A stretch of DNA of 64,000 nucleotides from Gammaproteobacteria bacterium. Lineage in GTDB: Bacteria; Pseudomonadota; Gammaproteobacteria; Eutrophobiales; Eutrophobiaceae. The stretch's first letter is position 1. The number at the start of each line of letters is the position of its first letter. The notes beneath the pieces were generated by a model. That model was given only the letters and a program-made list of their open reading frames with translations. It was not told the DNA's origin and searched no databases. Location of the stretch: contig OZ220696.1 in assembly GCA_965116495.1 (NCBI GenBank), forward strand, positions 2,368,001 to 2,432,000. The letters run 5' to 3'. This document shows, one piece after another, positions 1 through 9,965 of this stretch. Position numbers and translations under genes: made by a program.

Positions 1-947
1 GGGGGCACTAGGGCCAACAAAAAATACCCGTAGGCGCTGCCGACCCGCGCGGCATCCCGGTATGGCGTGAGTTCCCAGTAAGGCACCGTGGGATCAGTAT
101 GGTGCTGTGAATGCGTTACGATCTCGAAGGTAAGAACGCGCGACAGGGGACGGATGTGGTTCCAGGCGTGGCGTATTTCGATGGGTGTGTCCGGCACGCG
201 TATCAGACCGTAATGTTGTACGTAACTGAAGACACAGACTATACATTGTCCTATTAAAGAGATAAGCAAAACGCTGATGCCGGCAAACAGGCTCACACTC
301 AAACAGAAAAACAGAAACAGTGCCAGGTAACCGGCAACCGCCCATAAAACTATGTTGCCGGGAGACCAGTGACTCATTCCCTTATTGGCGAAACGCTGCT
401 TTTCCATGTTCCAGGGTTCAGTATGAAAAAACGGGAGCAGCCGGGCAATAAAGGCGTATACGGATTCACCCCGGTATGGCGTATCGATATCATTTTTTGT
501 CGAGGTCTCAATGTGGTGGCCTTTGCGGTGCTCCAGCTCCACGTCCCCCGAAACCAGGGTAACTGCAAATAAATCACCAACAAAGCGGGAGATGCTTTCA
601 TGGCGATGAAATAATTCGTGGGAAATGGGTAAACCCACCGCGGCCGTAATACCGGCTACCGAAATAATCGTGCCCAACCATTCCCACCACTGGTAGTCTG
701 TCTGCAGGAACCACCAGAGGCCGTACCAGAGAAATAACCAGGGGATCAGTTGAATATACAGCATGAACAACGCACCCGCCGGCCGCATATCACGTTTGCG
801 CAAATCGTCCTCAAGGAAATATTCCACGCCCGCCACCAGCGGAAAGAGAAGTACGCCGAACCAGCAACCTGCCCCGCCCAGCATCACGCCCAGGGTGGTA
901 ATAATAAAAAAACCACCCGGCCATACATAACGCAGATAATCTGTCAC
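1..947 (-). CDS. XylM/AlkB-family integral-membrane non-heme diiron monooxygenase (runs off the left edge)
   Basis: Manual translation from GTG at 947 (SD GGAGGTG upstream): MTDYLRYVWPGG... with His boxes HELFH, EHRKGHH, FSYVQHYGL, HAWNH and HSQHH. No stop before the window edge, so it is absent from the ORF track. Confidence 0.9.
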   Translation of the reverse strand, partial: MTDYLRYVWPGGFFIITTLGVMLGGAGCWFGVLLFPLVAGVEYFLEDDLRKRDMRPAGALFMLYIQLIPWLFLWYGLWWFLQTDYQWWEWLGTIISVAGITAAVGLPISHELFHRHESISRFVGDLFAVTLVSGDVELEHRKGHHIETSTKNDIDTPYRGESVYAFIARLLPFFHTEPWNMEKQRFANKGMSHWSPGNIVLWAVAGYLALFLFFCLSVSLFAGISVLLISLIGQCIVCVFSYVQHYGLIRVPDTPIEIRHAWNHIRPLSRVLTFEIVTHSQHHTDPTVPYWELTPYRDAARVGSAYGYFLLALVP

Positions 948-1158
948 CCTCACCTCCTGCAACACCGTTGATCTGACTGAGATCGGAATGTTGTTTCATG
1001 CCCTGATACGATATTAACCGAAACCCATTGATGCCGATATATAAAATTTTATCATCAATAAGAATGCCTGGGTATGTATGGAGCAACCCGCAGCCAACCT
1101 GTCCGGGTTGTTTTACCGCTTTTTTATTTCCGCTGCATTAATCAAATCAATCACGGAA

Positions 1159-1219
1159 CAGATTACGGCAGATTACGGCATCCCAGTATCCCAGTATCCC
1201 TGTATCCCTGTATCCCTGG
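1159..1219. repeat. Short tandem repeats: CAGATTACGG x2, then ATCCC(A/T)G(T/G) x5
   Basis: Read directly from the sequence. Confidence 0.85.
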
Positions 1220-1231
1220 AAATATTAAGAC

Positions 1232-1266
1232 TTGAATACTGAACGGTATTACCGTACAATCACGGC
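1232..1266 (+). promoter_or_regulatory. Sigma70-type promoter of higBA with palindromic operator
   Basis: TTGAAT (1232-1237), 17-nt spacer, TACAAT (1255-1260). Palindrome ACGGTA-T-TACCGT at 1243-1255. ATG is only 6 nt after the -10 box, so the mRNA is probably leaderless. Confidence 0.6.
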
Positions 1267-1557
1267 ATGATTGTCCGCTCTGCTCGTCACAGGGGCCTGC
1301 GCCGGCTGCTTGAGGATGACAACCCCCGGTTCCTGCGGCAGGCCCTCGTCGGTCGGGTGCGCAAGATCTTGACGGTACTGATCCTGGCTGAGGACATCGA
1401 TGAGTTTATTGCCGGCGCACCGCGAGGTTGGTATGTCCACCGGCTCTCAGGTGACCGGCAGAACGAATGGAGTGTTTCAGTATCAGGAAACTGGCGAATC
1501 ACGGTCGAAGAAGAAGACGGTTATATCGACCGCTTGAACCTGGAGGATTACCACTGA
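1267..1557 (+). CDS. higB: HigB-type RelE/ParE superfamily toxin
   Basis: HRGLRRL...VHRLSGDRQNEWSVSVSGNWRIT...LEDYH; toxin-first gene order. Confidence 0.9.
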   Translation: MIVRSARHRGLRRLLEDDNPRFLRQALVGRVRKILTVLILAEDIDEFIAGAPRGWYVHRLSGDRQNEWSVSVSGNWRITVEEEDGYIDRLNLEDYH

Positions 1558-1862
1558 TGACTATTAACCGAAGCAACGTGAACATGACTCCTTCGCATCC
1601 GGGCGACTTCATACGCACAGAGGTCATTGAGGCACTGAACCTTAGTATGACAAGGGCAGCACAGGTTCTGGGAATTCGCCGGGCTACACTTTCAGCCTTG
1701 TTGAACGGCCATTCATCGCTATCACCGGAGATGGCGCTACGTATTGAGAAAGCCTTTGACATCAATATGGATATGCTGTTACGAATGCAGGCCTGGTGGG
1801 ATGCCTCGCAGATGCGTTCCCGCGCAAGCGAGGTCAATGTCCGGCGTTATGAACCTGCATGA
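1557..1862 (+). CDS. higA: HigA XRE-HTH antitoxin
   Basis: PSHPGDFIR...AAQVLGIRRATLSALLNG...SPEMALRIEKAF; ATG overlaps the higB TGA. Confidence 0.9.
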   Translation: MTINRSNVNMTPSHPGDFIRTEVIEALNLSMTRAAQVLGIRRATLSALLNGHSSLSPEMALRIEKAFDINMDMLLRMQAWWDASQMRSRASEVNVRRYEPA

Positions 1863-2029
1863 TTAACATAACACGACCATGCAATGAGCATGAATTTCAG
1901 AGGACGCGGGAGTCAGGTCGCACTTGACATTATCATACCCCTAGCTACACTTGTTTCAGTGTATAAATACTGGAGGAGCGGTACTGTATTGCCAGTGGTG
2001 TTCTGCCCAATTCAAGGAGAAAGGAACTT

Positions 2030-2260
2030 ATGAATATAACTTTTGATACCCACTATGCGGTTAAGACCATTACGGAATCGGGGTTAACCGACACACAGGC
2101 GGAAGCGATAGTCACTACGATAAACAATGCCATGAATCAAAACCTCGCAACGAAGGCGGACATTGTTTCACTAAAGGCTGAGATGCTTGTGCTGAAATGG
2201 ATGGTCGGATTGGTCATAGCCGTCGAGGTATTGCCTCTGCTGAAGGTTCTGTTCGCATGA
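2030..2260 (+). CDS. DUF1640/CCDC90-like small coiled-coil membrane-anchored protein
   Basis: FDTH...GLTDTQAEAIV...LATKADI...LKWMVG followed by a C-terminal TM; SD AAGGA. Confidence 0.8.
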   Translation: MNITFDTHYAVKTITESGLTDTQAEAIVTTINNAMNQNLATKADIVSLKAEMLVLKWMVGLVIAVEVLPLLKVLFA

Positions 2261-2392
2261 CAACTCATCCCAGCGTAAGCCGATCTCCAAAAATCGGCTG
2301 GCGGGAACTACCATACCCTCATACACTGGTAAGCGCAATGCCTGCTCCGACAACTGCTAAACATAGTCCACTTTATCAGAGAGGAGTAAAAC

Positions 2393-2803
2393 ATGGCTAA
2401 GATAGAAGGCGGTTGTCTGTGCGGCAACATACGCTATACAAGCGAGGCTGAACCCCTGGCAACGGTGATTTGTCATTGCATCAACTGCCAGAAACAAAGC
2501 GGCGGGGCATACTCGTTGAACCTCGTCATGCCGAAAGGTTCACTGGATATACAGGGTGAAATGACCACCTACGTGGATACCGGTGACAGCGGGAGCACGC
2601 TGGACCGCAACTTCTGCGGCCGCTGCGGATCGGCAGTCAGCAGCGAACCTTCGGTAATGGATACCATCACAGTACTCAAGGCAGGCTCCCTGGATGATGC
2701 CTCCTGGGTCAGGCCAGTCATGGAAATCTACTGCGACAGCGCCCAGCCATGGACCCGGGAACACGTGGAGATGCAATCCCATCCGAAGATGATGCCGTCG
2801 TAG
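2393..2803 (+). CDS. GFA (Mss4-like, Zn-binding) family protein
   Basis: GGCLCGNIRY, CHCINCQK, RNFCGRCGS. Confidence 0.9.
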   Translation: MAKIEGGCLCGNIRYTSEAEPLATVICHCINCQKQSGGAYSLNLVMPKGSLDIQGEMTTYVDTGDSGSTLDRNFCGRCGSAVSSEPSVMDTITVLKAGSLDDASWVRPVMEIYCDSAQPWTREHVEMQSHPKMMPS

Positions 2804-2809
2804 GGGTAA

Positions 2810-2924
2810 GATGATTGCAGCCAGGTCCTCGTAGTTGTTCCACGGCAAGAAGGCATCTATAGTACCAACCTGAATCCCGCCGCAAAGTCAGCAACCAGAC
2901 GCTGGTATCCACGAATAGAGTCAT
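2810..2924 (-). pseudogene. vapC: VapC PIN toxin remnant with internal deletion
   Basis: N-terminus MTLFVDTSVW...RR is joined, with a frame change, to the C-terminal motif IQVGTIDAFL; the central part of the domain is missing. Left boundary approximate. Confidence 0.65.
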
Positions 2925-3106
2925 TAACGAGTCCGTTCTCGCTTATAGCCGTATTCGTTATCCCAATCGAATTCTCCAAAAAGATCCAGGAACCGCTTCT
3001 GCTCTCTACGTGCGACGAATTCAAACAACGCCTTTTTGACGGTCGCCTTCTTCGTTTTATCACTACGATTGGTTCTTTTCGTTCCAGTATGGTTAATTTT
3101 ATCCAC
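2924..3106 (-). pseudogene. vapB: VapB (DUF2191-like) antitoxin, N-terminus degenerate
   Basis: KTKKATVKKALFEFVARREQKRFLDLFGEFDWDNEYGYKRER; stop overlaps the vapC ATG. Confidence 0.65.
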
Positions 3107-3250
3107 CGCAGGGTGTAAAGAAATTATGACAATCTCGATAACTCTCTGATTGTAGTATATTTATTATACCTCTTTCTGGTTGGTACGTTTACTGCAATGT
3201 AGTACTATCCAGCTAAATTAAAAACAGGTAGTTCTTTCAGGGGGCCTACG

Positions 3251-5317
3251 ATGAGGAATGTTCACTTTGGCAGGGGGATCGTTGCAGCAGTAATTCTGAT
3301 CTCGACAACGGCAGGCTACGCAGTTACCGAACTCGATGAAATTATCGTTACCGCAACCCGCCAGAATCAGTCGCTGGCGGATGTCTCAAGCGCGGTCAGC
3401 GTGGTGGAGAAAGGTGCTATCCAGGCCGGCCGCCAGCAACTGGGCCTGGACGAATCGCTGACCCGGGTACCCGGCATCTTCTTCCAGAATCGTTATAACT
3501 TCAGCCAGGACCTGCGCGTCGCGATCCGGGGCTTCGGCGCCCGGGCAAACTTCGGTATTCGCGGCATCAAGGTGTTCGTCGATGACCTTCCGGCGACACT
3601 GGCGGACGGGCAGAGCGGGGTCGACGATATCGATATCGGTTCGGTCGGCCGCATCGAAATTATCCGTGGACCGTCTTCCGCGTTGTACGGCAGCGCCTCC
3701 GGCGGCGTCATGAGCCTTTACACGGAGGACGGGCCGGATACGCCATTCGCCGAGGCACGGGTAACCGTGGGCGAGTACGACCACCAGAAATACCAGCTCA
3801 AGTTCGGCGGGCAAACGGGCAAACTGAATTACCTGGTGAACGGTTCCTACATGGAGAGCGACGGTTACCGGGAGAATTCCAGGGTGGAACACGGCCTGGT
3901 GAACAGCAAACTCCGCTACGAATTTGATGAAGACTCCGACCTGACCCTGATCTTCAACCTGGTGGATTCGCCCCAGGCCGATGATTCCGGCGGTATCTCG
4001 CAGGCCAACGTGGATATGGACCGGCGCCAGGCGCAGCCCAGGAACCTCAGCTCCAACGCCGGTGAAGAACTGGAACAACAGAAGGTCGGCTGGATCTACC
4101 GCAAGCAGTTTGGTGAGAACCACGAGATCAGGGTGCGCAACTACTACCTGTGGCGCGACTTCATGGCCTTTCTGCCCATCGGTTCCCATATCCGGTTTGT
4201 GCCCGATGACGGAGTGGTTGAGTTCGACCGGTTCTTTTTTGGCGGCGGTGGGCAATACAGCTATACGGGAGAACTGATGGGCCGTCCCAATCAATTCACC
4301 GCGGGCTTCGATATCGACATCCAAGAAGACGATCGGCAACGTTATTCCAACGATGCCGGGATTCAAGGCGCATTATCCTTTGACCAGTTGGAAGAAGCGG
4401 AGGCTTATGGATTTTACATCCGCAACAGCCTTGCAATTTCCGATTCCCTGCAACTTACGCTGGGTGGCCGTTATGATGTTGTGGACCTGTCCGTTGATGA
4501 CCGCTTCCTGGCCAACGCGGACCAGTCCGGTGAACTGGACTTCGAGGAATTCAGTCCAAGCGCCGGTTTGACCTGGAGCGCGACGGATGCAGTCAGTATC
4601 TATTTCAACTATGCGACCGGGTTTGAAACGCCCACTTTTACCGAACTGGCTAATCCGGCAAGAAACCTTGATGTAAGTCTTGGCGGATTCGCCTCGGTAG
4701 ATGCCCAGAACGCGGAGAGCTTTGAAATCGGCGCCCGCGGTCTTATCGGGGAGCGTGTTTATTTCGACATCGCCGGATTTATCATGGAAGTGGAAGACGA
4801 GGTAGTCAGCGTCGCCAATATCGGCAATCGTACTTTTTTCCGGAATGCCGATACCGACCGCAACGGCATTGAGGCCGCCATCGTCGTGGATATCCTGGAA
4901 GGCTTGCAGCTCACCGCATCCTATACGTATTCCGATTTCGAGTTCGACAGCTTTCCGACCAACATGGCTGCGGAAGGCAAGATGCTGCCCGGTATTCCCG
5001 AGAACCAGTTATTTGCGGAACTGGCCTACCGCCACGATTCCGGATTCTACCTGAGCTGGGATATCCTCGTGGTTGACGACCTGGCAATCAATAACGCCAA
5101 TACCGCTATTTCCGATTCCTATGAAGTATCGAACCTGAGGGCGGGACACCGTTTGCAGATGGCAGGATTTGAATTGTCTCCGTTCATCGGCATCAACAAC
5201 CTGTTTGACACGAAATACATGGCCAACCTGCGCCTCAACGGTTTCGGCGGTAGGGTATTTGAGCCGGCGCCAACGCTGAACGTGTATGGAGGGGTGTCGG
5301 TCCGGTTGAACTACTGA
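3251..5317 (+). CDS. TonB-dependent outer-membrane receptor (YncD-like)
   Basis: Signal peptide, TonB box DEIIVTATR, plug RIEIIRGPSSALYG, RGFGARANFGIRG, C-terminal aromatic residue. Confidence 0.92.
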   Translation: MRNVHFGRGIVAAVILISTTAGYAVTELDEIIVTATRQNQSLADVSSAVSVVEKGAIQAGRQQLGLDESLTRVPGIFFQNRYNFSQDLRVAIRGFGARANFGIRGIKVFVDDLPATLADGQSGVDDIDIGSVGRIEIIRGPSSALYGSASGGVMSLYTEDGPDTPFAEARVTVGEYDHQKYQLKFGGQTGKLNYLVNGSYMESDGYRENSRVEHGLVNSKLRYEFDEDSDLTLIFNLVDSPQADDSGGISQANVDMDRRQAQPRNLSSNAGEELEQQKVGWIYRKQFGENHEIRVRNYYLWRDFMAFLPIGSHIRFVPDDGVVEFDRFFFGGGGQYSYTGELMGRPNQFTAGFDIDIQEDDRQRYSNDAGIQGALSFDQLEEAEAYGFYIRNSLAISDSLQLTLGGRYDVVDLSVDDRFLANADQSGELDFEEFSPSAGLTWSATDAVSIYFNYATGFETPTFTELANPARNLDVSLGGFASVDAQNAESFEIGARGLIGERVYFDIAGFIMEVEDEVVSVANIGNRTFFRNADTDRNGIEAAIVVDILEGLQLTASYTYSDFEFDSFPTNMAAEGKMLPGIPENQLFAELAYRHDSGFYLSWDILVVDDLAINNANTAISDSYEVSNLRAGHRLQMAGFELSPFIGINNLFDTKYMANLRLNGFGGRVFEPAPTLNVYGGVSVRLNY

Positions 5318-5323
5318 CCCTGG

Positions 5324-5533
5324 TTACAAGTCAAATAATCCCTCGCTTGCCGCCTTCGCCTCAATAGCGAGATATTCGCCGTCGCGGGTGAGCAGAAAAT
5401 CAACTTCTGTCCTGGACTCGACCGGCACCCAATAATGGATGTCATCAAACACCGACTGCTCCTCCGCGTGAGCGCGCAACAGGCTCAGTATCCAGCCCTC
5501 GAACAGAGCGCCGCGTTCCTCTATGGTATAAAG
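5324..5533 (-). pseudogene. C-terminal fragment of an AAA+ ATPase/DUF4143 protein
   Basis: Manual translation ERGALFEGWIL...IHYWVP...EVDFLL...LAIEAK; no start codon; same family as 48835-50088. Confidence 0.7.
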
Positions 5534-5811
5534 TCATAAGTAGCCGAAAAGTGGCGACATTACAAGTAATGTCCCGGTTTCATCAGACGCTGTATTTTTC
5601 CTCAAAGTCGAAAACCAGCGTCGGTCTTTCTGCAAAATGATTATATAGATGTCCCGGAATTGCGGGATCAGGGAAACTCAGACTTTACTTTCTCAGATTT
5701 CAGACTATAGTATTGTTATCAACTGTTGATAAGTTAATACATGGATACCATGGATATCGGCCTGCAAGTAAAGAATACAGTCTGATGTCTTTGATTGAAG
5801 AGGCAAAGGTC

Positions 5812-6180
5812 ATGCCTAATTTGCACGTCGGTATTATGCCAAGAGAACGGTTTCAGCAGCGCGTATTGGACATTGCAGGCGGTCGTATCAAACCCGGAAG
5901 GGGAGAACCGGAAATCTGGTTCAGTTCGATGAAATCATTCAGCGAGGTGTTGAGTGATAACAATGTCCGCTTACTGAAAATGATCGCGGAACAGAAGCCT
6001 TCCAGTATCAAGGAACTGGAAAAACTAAGCGGACGGAGGAGCAGTAACCTGAGTAGAACGTTAAAAACGTTTGAGCGATATGGCTTGGTTGACCTGCGAA
6101 AGGTTCCCGGCAGTCGAGCGATTTTGCCCGTTGCCAAAGCTACCGGCGTCAGGCTGAGCTGTGACTTTGCGTCTTATTAA
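5812..6180 (+). CDS. HTH transcriptional regulator / antitoxin-like protein (COG4190-type); toxin partner not evident
   Basis: HVGIM...EPEIWFSSMKSFSEVLSDNNVRLL...SIKELEKLSGRRSSNLSRTLKTFERYGLV. Confidence 0.75.
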   Translation: MPNLHVGIMPRERFQQRVLDIAGGRIKPGRGEPEIWFSSMKSFSEVLSDNNVRLLKMIAEQKPSSIKELEKLSGRRSSNLSRTLKTFERYGLVDLRKVPGSRAILPVAKATGVRLSCDFASY

Positions 6181-6756
6181 TTCAAGCCCTGTCTTAAACC
6201 GCCCTTGTTCCCTTCACAAGATTATTTTATGGTTGCCCGTTTGAGTGAGATTCTGGATGGACTTGGACTGGACGCGAACCGAAGTGCTTGGTAATCTACC
6301 TTGATACGTCTACAGCACTCGCTTAGCTCCTGGCTGGCCAAAGCGTTTGTATAAGAACCCAGGTTTTCGGCATTATCAGATGCCAGACCTTTATCTTCAG
6401 AACTTCCCTGCCTTTCCAGTAACATTCAATAAGCCGTGACCATTGACCGTTTGTACTTGTCGCACAAGCGTTGTTATTAAGATTACAAAATCGATATTTG
6501 TAGTAGTATGCTGCATTTGACGGCTGTGCAAGGGACGGCTTGGCTTGAGCAACCTGTTGAACGTTCTGTCACGATATAAACCTTGGTGTCATGAAACAGT
6601 TCTTGTTATATATCCTGTTACTTGCGGGCTGTGTTACCACACCCTTAGCCGCTTCCGAGCTAAGTACTATCAAAAATACCACACTGATTGAGGTCGACAT
6701 GAACGATGGCGATAGTTTCATGGTCAATGCGGAAGGCCGTGAATTGTATTTACGCA

Positions 6757-8087
6757 CACTGCTGTCCCAAGAAAATCGTGTTGATGTAATATAACGTATT
6801 CATTTTATTAGTAAAACAGCGATTTTTAACGGGCATCGATTAAAACTGCCTCCGGTGGCTGATAATACCCTCCTGATTTTCATCTCTATCAGGAGGAACC
6901 CTCATGCCGTCCGGTCACTATGTCTTTTCTCAGGTCATGGCCCATTTGCCCATGAAACCCTTCCGCCGTTGCGTGCAACATTATCACGGCAATCGTTACA
7001 TCAAATCGTTTACCTGTCTCGACCAGTTCCTCTGCATGGCCTTTGCCCAACTCACCTACCGTGAGAGCTTGCGCGATATCGAGGTCTGCCTGCGGGCGCA
7101 CCGGGACAAACTCTATCACATGGGGCTGCGCGGCGGCATGGCCCGCAATACCCTTGCCCATGCCAACCGGCAACGCGACTGGCGCCTCTACGCCGACTTC
7201 GCCCACGCCCTCATCCGCCTGGCCCGACCCCTGTATGCCGACGAGGACCTGGGGCTGGAACTCGACAATACCGTCTATGCCCTCGACTCCTCCACCATCG
7301 ACCTGTGTCTGTCCGTGTTCCCCTGGGCCCGCTTCCGCCAAACCAAGTCAGCGGTCAAACTGCATACCTTGCTGGACTTGCGCGGCAATATCCCCACCTT
7401 TATCCATCTCTCCGACGGTAAACTGCACGATGTCAACGTCCTCGACCTCCTCCTCCCCGAGCCCGGCGCCTGCTACGTCATGGACCGCGCCTACCTGGAT
7501 TTCCAACGCCTGTTTGCCCTGACGATGGCCGCCGCCTTCTTCGTTATCCGGGCCAAGTCCAATACTCGCTACCGCCGCCGTTATTCCCGACCCGTTGATA
7601 AATCAACCGGCCTGCTGTGTGACCAGACCATCGTCCTGACCGGTGTCCACACCGCCACCCACTACCCGCAACCCCTGCGACGCATCAAATACCGCGACCC
7701 GCAAACACACAAGACGTTCGCTTTCCTCACCAACCACTTTGCCTTGCCCGCACACACCATCACCGAATTGTATCGCTACCGCTGGCAGGTCGAATTGTTC
7801 TTCAAATGGATTAAACAACACCTGCGTATCAAAGCATTCTTCGGCACCTCGGAGAATGCCGTCAAAACCCAAATCTGGGTCGCCGTCAGTGTCTATGTCC
7901 TGGTGGCGCTCATTAAAAAGCGTCTTCATCTCTCCACAGAACTCTACACAATGTTACAGATTTTAAGCCTGACCCTGTTTGAAAAAGTACCCTTATATCA
8001 ATTACTTACTCAGAGCGATTACAAAACAGACCACCGTGATATACTTAACCAATTGAATCTATTCGATTAATTCTTGGGACACTAATG
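6757..8087 (+). mobile_element. IS4-family insertion sequence (1331 bp)
   Basis: Imperfect IRs CACTGCTGTCCCAAGAA / TTCTTGGGACACTAATG; 9-bp TSD ATTTACGCA at 6748-6756 and 8088-8096. Confidence 0.93.
6904..8070 (+). CDS. IS4-family DDE transposase (DUF4372 + DDE_Tnp_1)
   Basis: YALDSSTIDLC, YVMDRAY, LYRYRWQVELFFKWIKQHL. Confidence 0.95.
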   Translation: MPSGHYVFSQVMAHLPMKPFRRCVQHYHGNRYIKSFTCLDQFLCMAFAQLTYRESLRDIEVCLRAHRDKLYHMGLRGGMARNTLAHANRQRDWRLYADFAHALIRLARPLYADEDLGLELDNTVYALDSSTIDLCLSVFPWARFRQTKSAVKLHTLLDLRGNIPTFIHLSDGKLHDVNVLDLLLPEPGACYVMDRAYLDFQRLFALTMAAAFFVIRAKSNTRYRRRYSRPVDKSTGLLCDQTIVLTGVHTATHYPQPLRRIKYRDPQTHKTFAFLTNHFALPAHTITELYRYRWQVELFFKWIKQHLRIKAFFGTSENAVKTQIWVAVSVYVLVALIKKRLHLSTELYTMLQILSLTLFEKVPLYQLLTQSDYKTDHRDILNQLNLFD

Positions 8088-8348
8088 ATTTACGCATCTA
8101 CTATGTCGACTGCCCAAAGACCGCATACCACAGCAAACCTGATCTGGAACTAATCCTCGAACAACAGTTTCATTTCGGCCTGGAACAACCCCATGAGGTG
8201 GTAAGCTATGGGGAACAGGCTGCTGAATACGTGCAACAAGTACTATCTCGGCCATTCACCATCCATACCAGTTACGCCAACGCGCCGAGGCGTTCTGCTT
8301 CAAATTGGTATTACGCCTTCATCGAAACCCACGATAACCGTGACCTAG

Positions 8349-9965
8349 CAGTCTGTCGGACTTGGGCGCTGCGATTATCTTTGCGGACCACTTTTCAGGT
8401 CTTTTTGTCGCGGCAAGGCGCACGTGCATGTTGCCTGAACCTATACATGTACATTATGGGGATGTACAGACCTCACCAGGCGCCTGTCCTGACCGGGTAA
8501 ACACCCACTGCCCCCTGCATCAGGCCAGCTGCATGTTATGCAGGCGTTTACAGTTGTAGGCCAGGGCCAGTAACTGCCACTCACCGGTCACCTTCTCATG
8601 GCCGCGCAGGAGAAACTGCCGGAACCCCAGGGCCTGCTTCATGATACCGAACACCGGCTCCACGGTCTGCTGCCGCAACCGGTAGCTGGCCCGGTTGTCC
8701 GCCTGTGATAACTTCTCTTGCATCGCCACCAGCCAGGGCGCTTTCGCCGGCTTGGGCTTGGCCGCCTGCGCCGGGTCCGGCAACGGGCGGAAGTCATGCC
8801 GCCGGCGCCGGTCCTCCGTCCCCACCGCCACCAGCACGTCTATCTCCCGACCGGTCAGCGCAGCCACTTCTGTCTCCGTCGCATAGCCGTTGTCCGCCAA
8901 CACCTGGGCAGGGGTCCCCAACGCCGCCGGCACCGAGTCAATGTCAGCGACCAATTCGTTGCGGTCGCTGGCGCATTGGCTGACCCGCGTCCCCAGCACC
9001 AACTGGCTGCCGTCCGCATCCACCACCGCCTGCGCATTGTACGCCTGCCGGTACTCACTGCGTTTGTTCTTGCGCATCAGGGAACTGTCCGCATCCGTCA
9101 GGTTCACCTGGGTGTCCTCCGCCGGGGTGTCTTCCGGCGGCTTGATAGGGTGCCCCTTGGCCCGGCCCCGACGCTTCTCACGCGCCGCCACCTTGCGCTC
9201 GTACTCGGCCTGGTCCGCCTGCGCTTGCGCCTTGGCCTGGCGCTCCAGACGTGCGCAGGCCGCATCCAGTTGCGTCGCCAGCGCCTCCCGCCGCGCCAAC
9301 GCCTTCGGCAACTGCTGCGGGTCCGCCGCGTCCTGGCTGTCCGCACGCTCCGCTTCGGCCAGCAAATCCTTGACCTCACCCCGCAACTGCTCGCGTAATT
9401 CCACCGCCCGGTCATAGCGGATACTGCGCCGCTTGCTCGCAGCCGCCTTCACCTTCGTCCCGTCCACACTCACCCGGCCCACCGTCAACAACTTCAATTC
9501 CTTCGCCAGCAATAACACCTCCACAAAACCCGCCTGTACCGCCTCAAGGTTCTCCCGCCGGAACTTGCAAATCGTGTCATGGTCCGGGTGCGTGTTCGCC
9601 GTCACGTAACGCACCCCGATATCCCGGTACGTCGCTCGCTCAATCCGGCGCGAGGAAAAAATACCGTTCGCATAACAATAAATCAGCAACGCCAGCATGA
9701 TACGCGGGTGATACTGTGCCGACCCCGTGCCCCGGGTGTTCACCACAAACTGACTCAAAGGCACCCGTTCCACCGCTGCCACGACAAAATGCGCCAGGTC
9801 ATCCTCGGGTAGCCACTCGCGTAAATCCGGTGGTAACAGGTAGGGTTGGTTACGGTCACTTTGCACAAAGTTTTCCATCGAAGCAGCCTCTATCGAACAG
9901 CGTGTGGTATCATCAAATCGTGTCGTCTATTATACCTCTATCCCAGCCCTAAGTCCGACAGACTG
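8349..9965 (-). mobile_element. IS1182-family insertion sequence (1617 bp)
   Basis: IRs CAGTCTGTCGGACTT / AAGTCCGACAGACTG; 4-bp TSD CTAG at 8345-8348 and 9966-9969. Confidence 0.92.
8520..9878 (-). CDS. IS1182-family transposase
   Basis: LLPPDLREWLP, GIFSSRRIE, PDHDTI, VDGTK, YNAQ, LADNGY, VEPVFG. Confidence 0.93.
   Translation of the reverse strand: MENFVQSDRNQPYLLPPDLREWLPEDDLAHFVVAAVERVPLSQFVVNTRGTGSAQYHPRIMLALLIYCYANGIFSSRRIERATYRDIGVRYVTANTHPDHDTICKFRRENLEAVQAGFVEVLLLAKELKLLTVGRVSVDGTKVKAAASKRRSIRYDRAVELREQLRGEVKDLLAEAERADSQDAADPQQLPKALARREALATQLDAACARLERQAKAQAQADQAEYERKVAAREKRRGRAKGHPIKPPEDTPAEDTQVNLTDADSSLMRKNKRSEYRQAYNAQAVVDADGSQLVLGTRVSQCASDRNELVADIDSVPAALGTPAQVLADNGYATETEVAALTGREIDVLVAVGTEDRRRRHDFRPLPDPAQAAKPKPAKAPWLVAMQEKLSQADNRASYRLRQQTVEPVFGIMKQALGFRQFLLRGHEKVTGEWQLLALAYNCKRLHNMQLA

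Noticed and set aside
1267-3106. Integron cassette array explaining the small genes and TA loci
   Set aside because: No integrase and no recurring attC-like sites; orientations are mixed
3386-4366. 326-aa antisense ORF, plus similar shadow ORFs over glyS, pyc, the ABC genes and the transposases
   Set aside because: They overlap well-supported genes, have no motifs, and are expected from GC-rich codon bias
5565-5665. Repeated ATGTCCCGG motif resembling transposon-end scars
   Set aside because: Too short, with no associated transposase or clear inverted-repeat structure
6222-6425. 67-aa minus-strand ORF
   Set aside because: No SD or recognisable motif; possibly a remnant but not supportable
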